Shown here: positions 28,395 through 38,900 of the stretch, one piece after another
Layout of the letters: each line of letters begins with the position of its first letter
Numbering within the stretch: position 1 is the first letter of the stretch
Source: a virus
Lineage: Duplodnaviria; Caudoviricetes
DNA length: 56,802 nt
Strand: one strand, 5' to 3'
IMG/VR virus record: IMGVR_UViG_3300042446_001034
Location: 1 to 56,802 of that record
Program-made: the position numbers and the translations under genes
Notes under the pieces: model-generated
Told to the model about the DNA's origin: nothing
Database searches by the model: none
What the model saw: the letters and a program-made list of their open reading frames with translations, nothing else

Positions 28395-31300
28395 TTAGTT
28401 CAAAAAGTAATTGAATGCCAAAGGTATCCCTGTGACTCCGCCTCTGAATTCAAAGTTGGCATTCATTTTAATTGGTGCTAGTGTAGTAGTAGTTATAATG
28501 TTAGAGCTAATAAAAATACTACCTGCTGTGATTGAGTTGACATTCAAACTTGCACCTCCACCACCAATTTGTCCCGCAATATAAGCCTTGATGGCTCGCT
28601 GTGTAGGCACTATGTTGTCTGAATCTGCTGTAAAGAATGGATCTGTGGAGAATTCAGTGATTGTTGCTGATCCACCGCCCAATGTCACGTTGCCCAAATT
28701 AAGTTCTTGCAGTCCTGAAATATTAAATGCATCTGCATTCAGAGTAGCAATACCTGTGCTTTGCTCAATGGCAAACAGATCTCCCACTCGGAAGTTGCCG
28801 TCTTGGTCCGTTGATGTAAAGAACACCCTACCGCCTCCACTATCCACTGCTTCGTTGGCAGCAATAACGGGCTGGGTGCTTAGTCCTGGATAATTGGTTT
28901 CTGCAAAATTGCCTGTGCCTATGTCCAAGAAATCGTGTCCAGTCAATCTAACCTGACTGTATCTAATTCTAGTTTCAACGCTGACTCCGTCTGTCGGAGC
29001 TTCTGATCTAGTCAACTGTGGACTGAGTTGGAAGAATGCTGTGTAAGCACCGTCATTGGTGCCCAAGAATGTGACCACGTTGACCAACTTGAAAGTTCTA
29101 TCAGGTAAATGACTGAACACCACGTTGGCTCCTGGCACTGGTTGAGCACTAATTCTTCTCATGGCCACAAACGAACCTGGTTGGAATAGATTGGAATAAC
29201 CGTCACCGATATCTACCTCACCACTTCCTGTAACATAACCCGATCCCCTGTTAACAAAACTAGGATTGGCCAACACACCACTGCCAGTTCTCACAGTTAC
29301 GGGAGATTCAAATGTGTTGTTGGGATCAGTGAATGTAATAGTTGGTGCTGTGGCATAGCCCGATCCAGGTTCTGTGATATTAACTTGGAACAGTTTTTCA
29401 GCAGCCACTTTGGCACGACCTCTAGCGGTGGCTCCAGTTCTAATATAAGTGGCTACTTGTCCTGTACCATCACCAACTCCTACGAACTGGCCATATCTGT
29501 TTCTATTACCAAATGTGATAGCTGAGAACCCAAGAGCTGCTGCACTGGTGGCTCTTAGAGTCCAGGTAACGCCATCTGGCGATGTTGCTGCTGCTGTGGT
29601 TGTGCTCACAGCAAGAAACACGCCCTGACCGTAAGTCACGCTAGTCCATGATGCTGTGGCTGGTAGTGTGCTGGCTGTCCATGTAATACCATCCAAGCTG
29701 TAAGCAGCTATGGTTCCGCTAGTGTTGGATACAGCAACAAATCTGTTGTTACCGTAGGCAATGCTTCTCCAGTTTGAGCTAGAAGGCAATGTACCTGCAG
29801 TCCATGTGCCTGTGACTGTAGTCGATGTGGCATAATTAGTTACATTAGTGCCGCTCTTAATTGCAACAAATCTATTTTTACCGTAGGCAATAGCTGTGAA
29901 TCCAGTGGTAGTTAGTGTACCAGTTTGATCCCAATTTTCGCCGTCATTGCTGATTCTCACTGTGGTTACATCGCTGCTGACTGCTACAAATTTTTGTGCA
30001 CCAAACGCTACGTCAACCCATGTAGCAGAAGTTCCCATGCTGGTTGCTGTCCAAGTAATACCATCTGAGCTGTATGCACCTGTGGTGTTGGCACTGGTGC
30101 CTGCCACTGCCACAAATTTGCTGACCTTGCCTACAGAAGAGTTATCGTCAAATAGACCCGCAGCCATTGCATCCCAGTTTGCAGCACTAGGCATCAAGCT
30201 GGCTCTTGTATCCCAAGCGATTCCATCTTCTGAAGTTGCACCTACTGTGCTTCCGCTTCTTAGAGCCACATATCTGCCACCTATGCCGTAACCGCTGTGG
30301 TCAAAATCTAAAATAGCACCTGTAGTGGAATTCACTGCGGTGATTGTGATCACTAGATCATTGGCAGTTGTGGTGCCGCCTAGGCTGGTACCTAGTATGG
30401 TTATGGTTTGTAATCTAGCATAACCTGTTCCGGCACCCTGAATAGATGGTATATATTTCCATCCATTACGTATCACTGTAAATGTGGCACCTATTCCTGA
30501 TCCAGCATAAGTGCCTGTAACTGTGGTGTATACCGCAGCAGTTTCACCATATTTTACAGCTCTCCAATCGCCGTTAGTTGGCAGCGTAGCGGCTGTGCTA
30601 GTGTATCCAGGTGCTGCAAATGTTACTCTTGGTTCAATAACATATGTTGAAGAAGCATCTGGTGCTATAATTGCAGTGCCTGCTATCAAATGATCAAATC
30701 CTGCTGTTCCGTCTGATTCTTTAACCAGTCCAGCTACTTTTGTGCCTGAATTATAAGTGGTAATTATTCCAAATTGTCCTACTCCAGCGCCACCTGTAAG
30801 CACAATTTTCATGCCTATGTAGGCAGTGCTGGATTCGCCGTCTGTGGCAGCTATGGTTATACTAGTCAATGTTCCGCCCTGAGCAGTGCTGGCAGCAGTC
30901 TTATAACCAAATCCACCAAGATTTCCTTCGGCCTCAGGAGCATTGGTGCTGTCTTCTATAAGGTCCAACATGCGAACTTCAAACACAGCATCATCACGGA
31001 ATTCATCGGTTTGAACTATAGCTCCTGTGCCGCCGCCAGTGAGCGTATAAGTGACTTCTGTATAGTCAATACCTGCGTTGGTGAATTCCAATTGTATCAG
31101 TGCTGATCCGTCGGTGATAACACGATCAATTTGTGCGTCAAATTGCAGGCGGTTGTCAACTACGGCTGTGCCGGCAGTTTCAGTTGCGTCGAAACCTTCT
31201 GCCACAGAACCAAAATCTCCGTATGAGTTGTTGCCGTTTGTGGCTCGTATTCTTCCACCGTTTTCCGCTAGATATGCAATGTGTGCGTAATAGCTAAACA

Positions 31301-34300
31301 CAGACACTAATTCAGCACGACCGTTGTTGGTGATCCATGCACCAATACCGTCTGATATTACTTGTGTAAAATCGTTGGAAACAATTGAATCATTACCACC
31401 ATTGTGCAGTGCGCCATCGATTTTTTGACCTATAGCCGCTGTTCCCAATGTGGTCAAGCCTTGCACATATGGTGAACGTGTTATAATCCAAGTGCGATAA
31501 TCTTCTGGACCCCAACCTGGATCCAAGGATGCATATGCTCCTGCACTTACTCTAGAAGTACCGTATTCATTTTCTGCTAGTAGATCACCGGTGAGTCCTT
31601 CAAGGGTTTGATCTCTTAGACCTGTGGCATCTCTGAGATAATACATGTCCTCTTCTAAACTGCCTGTTACACTATTTGCATAGTATCTGGCTGCGTATCT
31701 AGACTTGTAGTTGCCTGGATATTTCAAATCATACTTGAGTGCATTGATGTATGTATTGACATCTCTGAGGCAGGCTGTGCTGCTGTAGAATAGACTCACA
31801 GTCATTGAACCACTGCCGCTGCTGGCAATATTAAATGCAGTATTTGAATCTCTTGTAGTAGCAATCTTAAATCTGGTTGCACTAATCACATTCTGCACAT
31901 AGTAGGTAGTAGTAGTATTCACTCCGCCAAACACAGTACCTGTGAATCTTATAGCTGCGTTTCTTGTCATCCATGCTGTAGATGTGCAATCGAATTCATT
32001 TATGCCTGCAAAAGTGTTTGTGACTGCGGTAACATAAGTTGAATCAATGTAGGCATCGATTTCTGCTACAATATAGTCTCTGTTGCGCTCTAATTGTAGC
32101 ACAGCATAATCAACCATTCTGTTGCTTGAAGCACAGCGACTACCTTCGTTGGTAGCACCGTAGACTATATCATCTAGTGTAGTCATCAATGTTTCAATAC
32201 GAGCCTGTGCTGTGGCATTGCCACCCACGTTGGCTTTGGCTTGATCTTTTACATAGGTAAATGCTGCACGAGTAGCTGCTTTCTGATTCAGTGAATACAC
32301 ATCGCTGGCGCTGGCTCGTAGATATGAATAAGCAGCTTCTCTAGTCTTGAAGTTGCTGTTGAACATGAAGTCAAACATCACTGCTTCAAGAATCAATCTC
32401 ACATCACGTTCGCACTTAGCTGAGTTATAAACTAATGCAGGAAAGTTAGCAGTAATATAAGCGGTAGACGCAGTTACTATGGTTTCTTGTGCAGCATCTA
32501 AGGTCACAGCCGCAGCTATCAATGCTGTGGTTGATGTTACACCATTGGTTGCCGTAGGGTAATCGATGGTCTCTAAATCAATGTCGAGTCCAGCGCCGTT
32601 GGTGAATGATGCTAATACTGCTCCGCCATATGTGGCTGCAAGTTGGAATGTGTTAGTGTTTACTGTGCCTACTACCCAATATTTTGTACCGTTAACTAAC
32701 CCGTTAGCAGTGATTCTTGGAACTACAGCATCACCAACTGATAGCCCGTGATTGTTAGATGTAAATGTATTAAGAGTTGCAATCTGTGTAACATTGATCT
32801 GCGGAGTGTTTCCTTCTGTGCTATCACCTTGTATAATATTGGTAATAATGTCTACTAAAGCACCTACAGTGACATTAGCAGCTGCGCCGCCTACCAAGTT
32901 TGTGGAATCTGTCCATTGGGTGGCGGTATTGCCTGTGGATTTTGTTACTGTGGTGTTGGCAATTATCTGTTGTACTACTGTTTTCAATCTGCCATAGGCA
33001 GCTACCGTGGCAGCAATTTCTGTGCTATCAATCTGTAGTTGTGTGCTGTTATCGCCATCAAAATATGCTGTGCCAGCCACTAGTGTAGCCCAGGTTCCGC
33101 CATAGGTCAAATCATAGCTCATAGCATCAACAATAAATGCCACATCACGTTTGCATTTGGTTCTACTGAATTTTAATGTGCTGTAATTTGTATTTAAGAA
33201 AGCTGTAATTTCTTCTTTGATAAATTCTTTGTTTTCAATCAGTAGTTTTCTTGCGTCGCCAAATCCTGTTAAGAATGATGTGTTATAGCCTGTAGGGTTT
33301 GCAGAACTTTCCATGAACGTAGAACTGATCTTAAAATCAATCTGATGCTGCATGACTCTGACCAACTGTGCAGCATCAGCTGCTTCGTCTGTACTAGCAT
33401 ATGGGAATGCTATGCTCTGAACAGTAGTGTTGCCAGAGCTTTCTGTAACGTTTGCACCTCTTACGATCTGATCGACTACTGTTTGCAATCTAGTTAATGC
33501 ACCTATGCTGTAACCGGCATCTGATCGATTAGTTAAACTGCCTGCAGGTCCTGCGTTGGTTGAGCGTAATTCGTCGCCTTGTATACAGGTCTGTTCTGGC
33601 ACAATAATAGGTAATGTTTCTCTATACTGACCTGTGGCCACTTGGATCAAATTACTAGGACTACGTCTTGCCGGCACACTAGCTATGGCGGCTGCTATCT
33701 GAGGTGCTGTAACCGCTGCTGCTCTAGCTGTGATAGCATTTGTGATCAGTGTAACACTTGCTGTCACATTAGCCAATGCTCCAGATTCTGCTGTGAGATC
33801 GCTGTTGAAATATTGAGCTACTGTGGCAGTAGAGTTGTCGCCGTTCAGTGTCTGATAATTTATTGTTGGAGCTGTCTGTGCTAAAACATTTCCAACAACT
33901 GTGAGCATGTAGTTGTAGGCAGCAACGGATTCGTCTGATTCAATTGCTAAGCCTGGATATGCTTCTGTTTCGCCTTCGCTGAGTCCGCCGATTAGAGAAT
34001 TAGCAACTCCGCGTGATTTAATATTACCACCATGGCATAGATCATAGGTTACCGCATCTAGTGTAAATCCTACATCTCGTTCGCATTTGAAATCATCGTA
34101 GACAAATCCGGAAGTAAATGGTGCAATGTTGTTAGTAATTTGATTCTGAATAAATTCTGTGACTTCGCGTTGAATGAACACACGATTTAATTCCAACAAA
34201 TATCGTGCATCGGGATTGCGAGGACCACGTTCTACCTGTTCGCAAGCATAGCGAATAGTTTTCCAAGGTTTGTCCCAGGTTCTACCGTGTATTGGTGATG

Positions 34301-35924
34301 GTAGATCAGTGCCTGTTGGCGCTACAAAATAAGTATGATCAACTTCGCCGAGAGCAATCCATTCTGGATCTACGCCGTTTGATCTTAATACTGTGCCTTC
34401 GCGACCGATCGGTAATCTCTGGGGTCCAGCGCCACCATAATAAACTAGGTCGCCTCGCACTGATAACACGCCGGTTTCTGTACCAACATTCAGTAGATTC
34501 CAATATGTTCCTGTGCTATCCTGATCAGGTTTGCTGTTGGCTTGTCCACCACCTGCTACTCCTACAGTAGAACCGTCGTCACCTTCTGATCTATGGGCCA
34601 ATACGCAGATAAATGCATTGGCGCCAAATCTTACTGCGTCGCCTAATAGATATTCTCTGTCATCTGTCCACTCACCTTGCCAGTTGATACCGGCATTGAG
34701 TCTCGACCAATATGCGGTGTTTGGCGGTTCGGCTGACACAGTGGCAGTCATAGAACCTGATTCATTTGCACTGACATTAAATGTTGTGCCACCGGGCGTT
34801 GTTGATATAGTAATATTGCCTGCGGATACAGTTTTTACATAGTATCTAGCTGTGGTAAACACTCCGCCAAATGTTGTACCGGTAAATCTCACTGCCATTC
34901 CCACCACTATGCCTGCTGTTGATGCTATAGTAAATTCATCAGTAGATGCTACCGCAGCAGTAACAGTGTATGTAGTTGAAGGCGAATCCTGGGCAGCCAA
35001 ATAGGTATAGCCGCCTATGGATACTACTTCACCTATTTTGTATGATGTGGTGTTAGCCCAAGCAGATTGAAATTTAAATCCTTCTGTATATAGATCCCAT
35101 CTTGATGCCTGAGTAGGTGGTGTTTCTGTAATAGCTACGGCGGTATGCACAGTTTTGGCTATGTATTGATTTCCACCATATCTCACAATGTCGCCAGATT
35201 GATACAGGGTTAGGTAGTTCCAATTATCTTCAAATTCTGTGCCTTCGGTAAATTGGCTCCAATTGCCCGCGGAAAAATCAGTGTTAAATAGAGCAGCTGC
35301 GGTGTGGTCGTCTGCACAGATCCAAAGTCCTGCACCATATTTTACCACATCATTTAACTTATATCGTGTGCCAGTAACCCAGGTATTTTTGTATTCTATA
35401 CCAGGATTAAATGTATCCCACTTGGACTGGTCTGCTTCTAATCCAAGTGCTGTATTAGCAGCTGACGTATGATATGTGTTACACACATAGGTATAACCAC
35501 CATACTTGACTAGATCATTTACCTTGTAACGAGTTAGTGCTAACCAATCGCCTTTCCAATCAAGTCCCTCTGCATATAAAGTCCATTTGGCTTGATCAGC
35601 TTCTAGCCCTAACAGCGTAGTTGCTGCCGAAGTGTGACTATCGTTACAAATGTAGAGAAGACCACCGTACTTGACTACATCATTAAGTTTGTAGAAAGTG
35701 CCGATATTCCAGTCGCCGGTCCAACTTTGACCGTCGCTCATTTGATTCCATCTTGTTGGATAATTTTCTAAATCTGTGTTGAAATCAGAGGCAGAAGTGT
35801 GTCCCGCCGCACAGATATAAGTGCGGGCGCCGTACCTAACCACATCGTCTATATAGTAGACGGTGGAAGGAGTCCACGTGTTTTTCCAAACAAATCTAAT
35901 TCTACCTAGTTTAAATTCTGCCAT
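28395..35924 (-). CDS. Giant virion structural / fibre protein (2509 aa)
   Basis: N-terminal W....Y...D.V.YGG..Y.C...HTS repeats (carbohydrate-binding-like), central beta-helix-like block, S.DG..W propeller-type repeats, TGHDFLDIGTGNF. Confidence 0.8.
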   Translation of the reverse strand: MAEFKLGRIRFVWKNTWTPSTVYYIDDVVRYGARTYICAAGHTSASDFNTDLENYPTRWNQMSDGQSWTGDWNIGTFYKLNDVVKYGGLLYICNDSHTSAATTLLGLEADQAKWTLYAEGLDWKGDWLALTRYKVNDLVKYGGYTYVCNTYHTSAANTALGLEADQSKWDTFNPGIEYKNTWVTGTRYKLNDVVKYGAGLWICADDHTAAALFNTDFSAGNWSQFTEGTEFEDNWNYLTLYQSGDIVRYGGNQYIAKTVHTAVAITETPPTQASRWDLYTEGFKFQSAWANTTSYKIGEVVSIGGYTYLAAQDSPSTTYTVTAAVASTDEFTIASTAGIVVGMAVRFTGTTFGGVFTTARYYVKTVSAGNITISTTPGGTTFNVSANESGSMTATVSAEPPNTAYWSRLNAGINWQGEWTDDREYLLGDAVRFGANAFICVLAHRSEGDDGSTVGVAGGGQANSKPDQDSTGTYWNLLNVGTETGVLSVRGDLVYYGGAGPQRLPIGREGTVLRSNGVDPEWIALGEVDHTYFVAPTGTDLPSPIHGRTWDKPWKTIRYACEQVERGPRNPDARYLLELNRVFIQREVTEFIQNQITNNIAPFTSGFVYDDFKCERDVGFTLDAVTYDLCHGGNIKSRGVANSLIGGLSEGETEAYPGLAIESDESVAAYNYMLTVVGNVLAQTAPTINYQTLNGDNSTATVAQYFNSDLTAESGALANVTASVTLITNAITARAAAVTAPQIAAAIASVPARRSPSNLIQVATGQYRETLPIIVPEQTCIQGDELRSTNAGPAGSLTNRSDAGYSIGALTRLQTVVDQIVRGANVTESSGNTTVQSIAFPYASTDEAADAAQLVRVMQHQIDFKISSTFMESSANPTGYNTSFLTGFGDARKLLIENKEFIKEEITAFLNTNYSTLKFSRTKCKRDVAFIVDAMSYDLTYGGTWATLVAGTAYFDGDNSTQLQIDSTEIAATVAAYGRLKTVVQQIIANTTVTKSTGNTATQWTDSTNLVGGAAANVTVGALVDIITNIIQGDSTEGNTPQINVTQIATLNTFTSNNHGLSVGDAVVPRITANGLVNGTKYWVVGTVNTNTFQLAATYGGAVLASFTNGAGLDIDLETIDYPTATNGVTSTTALIAAAVTLDAAQETIVTASTAYITANFPALVYNSAKCERDVRLILEAVMFDFMFNSNFKTREAAYSYLRASASDVYSLNQKAATRAAFTYVKDQAKANVGGNATAQARIETLMTTLDDIVYGATNEGSRCASSNRMVDYAVLQLERNRDYIVAEIDAYIDSTYVTAVTNTFAGINEFDCTSTAWMTRNAAIRFTGTVFGGVNTTTTYYVQNVISATRFKIATTRDSNTAFNIASSGSGSMTVSLFYSSTACLRDVNTYINALKYDLKYPGNYKSRYAARYYANSVTGSLEEDMYYLRDATGLRDQTLEGLTGDLLAENEYGTSRVSAGAYASLDPGWGPEDYRTWIITRSPYVQGLTTLGTAAIGQKIDGALHNGGNDSIVSNDFTQVISDGIGAWITNNGRAELVSVFSYYAHIAYLAENGGRIRATNGNNSYGDFGSVAEGFDATETAGTAVVDNRLQFDAQIDRVITDGSALIQLEFTNAGIDYTEVTYTLTGGGTGAIVQTDEFRDDAVFEVRMLDLIEDSTNAPEAEGNLGGFGYKTAASTAQGGTLTSITIAATDGESSTAYIGMKIVLTGGAGVGQFGIITTYNSGTKVAGLVKESDGTAGFDHLIAGTAIIAPDASSTYVIEPRVTFAAPGYTSTAATLPTNGDWRAVKYGETAAVYTTVTGTYAGSGIGATFTVIRNGWKYIPSIQGAGTGYARLQTITILGTSLGGTTTANDLVITITAVNSTTGAILDFDHSGYGIGGRYVALRSGSTVGATSEDGIAWDTRASLMPSAANWDAMAAGLFDDNSSVGKVSKFVAVAGTSANTTGAYSSDGITWTATSMGTSATWVDVAFGAQKFVAVSSDVTTVRISNDGENWDQTGTLTTTGFTAIAYGKNRFVAIKSGTNVTNYATSTTVTGTWTAGTLPSSSNWRSIAYGNNRFVAVSNTSGTIAAYSLDGITWTASTLPATASWTSVTYGQGVFLAVSTTTAAATSPDGVTWTLRATSAAALGFSAITFGNRNRYGQFVGVGDGTGQVATYIRTGATARGRAKVAAEKLFQVNITEPGSGYATAPTITFTDPNNTFESPVTVRTGSGVLANPSFVNRGSGYVTGSGEVDIGDGYSNLFQPGSFVAMRRISAQPVPGANVVFSHLPDRTFKLVNVVTFLGTNDGAYTAFFQLSPQLTRSEAPTDGVSVETRIRYSQVRLTGHDFLDIGTGNFAETNYPGLSTQPVIAANEAVDSGGGRVFFTSTDQDGNFRVGDLFAIEQSTGIATLNADAFNISGLQELNLGNVTLGGGSATITEFSTDPFFTADSDNIVPTQRAIKAYIAGQIGGGGASLNVNSITAGSIFISSNIITTTTLAPIKMNANFEFRGGVTGIPLAFNYFLN

Positions 35925-35954
35925 TTTCTACTCCGTATTCTATATTTAGTCTGA

Positions 35955-38900
35955 TCATTGTTTGAACGATCTGTAAAACATTGTCTGGGCTAACATGCTA
36001 CCGCTTACTCCAGAATTTGCCATATCAAATTCTGCTCTCAGCGGTATAATTATTGTTAAACCGGCTGTGTTGTTAATCCTATCTGGACCAACTAGTATAG
36101 TTCCTGCTATAAAACTGCCTACTGCAATTTCTGATCCACCTACACTAAGTCTGTTTGCCAAGTAAGCAGCTATAGCTCGTTGGGTCGGAACAATGTTATT
36201 AGAATCTGCTATAAACAACGGATCTGTTGAAAATTCTCTAACAACTGCTCCAGTGCCTCCAATTCTAATACCGCCAAGTCGTAGTTCAGTAAGTCCAGAA
36301 AGATCAAAAAAGTCTGAACTAATTGTTACAGTTCCAGTGGCTTGCTCGACCGCAAACAATTCGCCTGCTCTAAAGTTACCGCTTTGATCTGTTGAAGTAT
36401 AAAATACACGGCCTCTATTTTCTTCTACAATTTCATTAAAGGGTTGTGGATCATAAAAACCGCTGTATAGTTCAGGATAATTAGTTTCTTCAAAGTTTCC
36501 TGTGCCTACATCTAAGAAATCATGACCTGTGATTCTACATTGAGCAAACTTTGTTCTTATAGCTATTTCGGTGAGATGCTGAAGATTATCACGAACTTTA
36601 ATTTCTGGACTGATACGTATTCTTGCTGCTAGCCCTCTGTCTGTGAGACCTAATTCTTCAATGGTAACCAAGGTATAATCACCAGGCAAACTTCCTATGG
36701 TTAGATTAGAACCAACTTTGGGATATATTGCAAGATCGTTGATAACAATAAATTTACCGCTGGGAATTACATCTGCATATCCGTCACCAGATATCGTTAC
36801 TCTGGTAGATATTGTTCTGTATCCTAGACCTCGATTTAACCAAGTTGGCTGTGCTAATACTCTGTCACCGGTACGGCATTCGATTCTTGCATCTCTGTTA
36901 TTGTTAGGGTCAACAAATGTGCAGGTAGGGCCTTCAGTATAACCAGATCCTGGATCCCATAATTTCACACTGCTAATAACCCCACTGGTTATTGTTACTC
37001 TGCCTAGCGCTCTTGCACCAGTCTGTATCTTGTTGAATTTATTTGTAGTATCGATGGCGATCCATGTAGGTGTGTTGTCTCCCACAGTGGAATCTCTAGC
37101 ATCTACATATGGAGTACCAAATGCCACCGACTGCCAATTAACTATGCTGGCCAACGTTCTTGTGGTCCATACAACCCCGTCAAAACTGGTTGCTGCAAAA
37201 TTAGTTGCTCCGACGGAAATATCTCCTCCTACAAGTCGACTTCCTGTGTCTCCTACAGCAAAGAATACACCTTGTGCATATTTAATTTTCTTCCAATTGT
37301 GAGCAGTACTGCCGTCCTGTGATGGCATAACAGCAGGCAACCAATCTAGGCCATCGAAACTGTAGGCCACATCACCTGTGCTGGATATGGCAACAAATCT
37401 ACCGTTGCCATAGGCTATGCTGACCCAATCTTTGGCGCTGGAGTCTGCAACCACGTCCATGATATGACCAGCCCATGACCATGTGTTTAAGGTAGCATTG
37501 TATGTACCTGTTGCTACAGTGTTTCCACTGTTGGCCAGTACCACGTATGTTTGTCTGCCATAGGCAATGTCTACCCATTGGTTTAAAGTAGAGTCCCCAA
37601 ATGAAGGCAAAGCCAACGAACTCCAAGTAGTGCCATTGAGACTGTAGGCTGCTGTGTTAGAGTTTGTGGCCACAGCAATGAATAAACCTCCACCGTAAAT
37701 ACAGGAATTCCATTGCAGAGAAACTGGCATGCTTCTTGCAATCCAATTTATACCATCTGTAGAACTAGCTGCCGCAGCACTTCCTTGGCGTATGGCCACA
37801 AACATGTGATTGCCTAGTGAGGGATATGTAACTCTGCCTGCTGCTAGGCATTTCCAATCACCCGATGTGGGCATATTAAAGGTAGTCCAATCGCTGCCAT
37901 TAGCACTATACATAGCAGCACTACCGGCGGTTGATACCACTACAAACCTGCCACTAGCAGCTAGATTGTCTTCACCTGTACCGTAGGTCTTTTGTTGTGC
38001 AGCTAAAATAGAATTTGTGCTGTCATCGCTGACATCAGTAACTAAAATTAACAAATCGTTGATTGGAGTGGCTCCGCCTATAAGATCTCCGTCTATGGTC
38101 AACAGCTGTCCAACCTCATATCCTGCTCCACCGTTGTTGATAGTCAATGTATAATTTCTACCTTGTTTCACTATGTTAAATGTAGCCAACGCAGCAACAA
38201 CGTCTATAGTAGTACCTGTGCCTGATTCGTTAACTGGCACATCGGTGTAAGTTTCAGTGGTATCACCAAAAACAATTTCTGACCAAGTGGTAATAGTAGG
38301 GGTTGTAATTTCTGTCGCTGAATATACAGGCTCAGAGAATATCACTCTGGGTTCAATTCTATATGTAGTATTAGTCAACAACGGCACAGTGGGCGGTTTG
38401 CCTGGAACTACGTGATCCCAACCAGGTTGGTCATCAGATTCTCTATATACAGTAACTACCTTGGTCACATTGTCGTAGGCAGTGATATACCCATACTGTC
38501 CTGTGCCAGCGCCACTGGTAATGATTATTCGCATGCCAAGATATTGAGTAATAGAATTTGCATCATTGGTAGCTATGGTTATAGTCAACGCATCGCCGCC
38601 TTGTGCATTGTTCTGCACCACCACATAACCACTGCCGCCTATTTCTTGTGCTATTTGAACAGTGCCTGCATTAGCATCAAGTCTTCTTGCTTCAAACACA
38701 GCATCATCTCTAAACTCTTCAAAAATCACACTGGCGTTAACACCGGCACCAGCAAACGTTGCGTTAGCCGAGGTATAATCCTGACCCATATTTGCCCATT
38801 CTAAAATCTGTATTTCGTCAACAAAATCTCCAGCAAAAGCTGCTGCCACAATGGCCTGTTGAGCTCTGGTATAGTTCCTTGCTATAACCGGAGTTTCTGA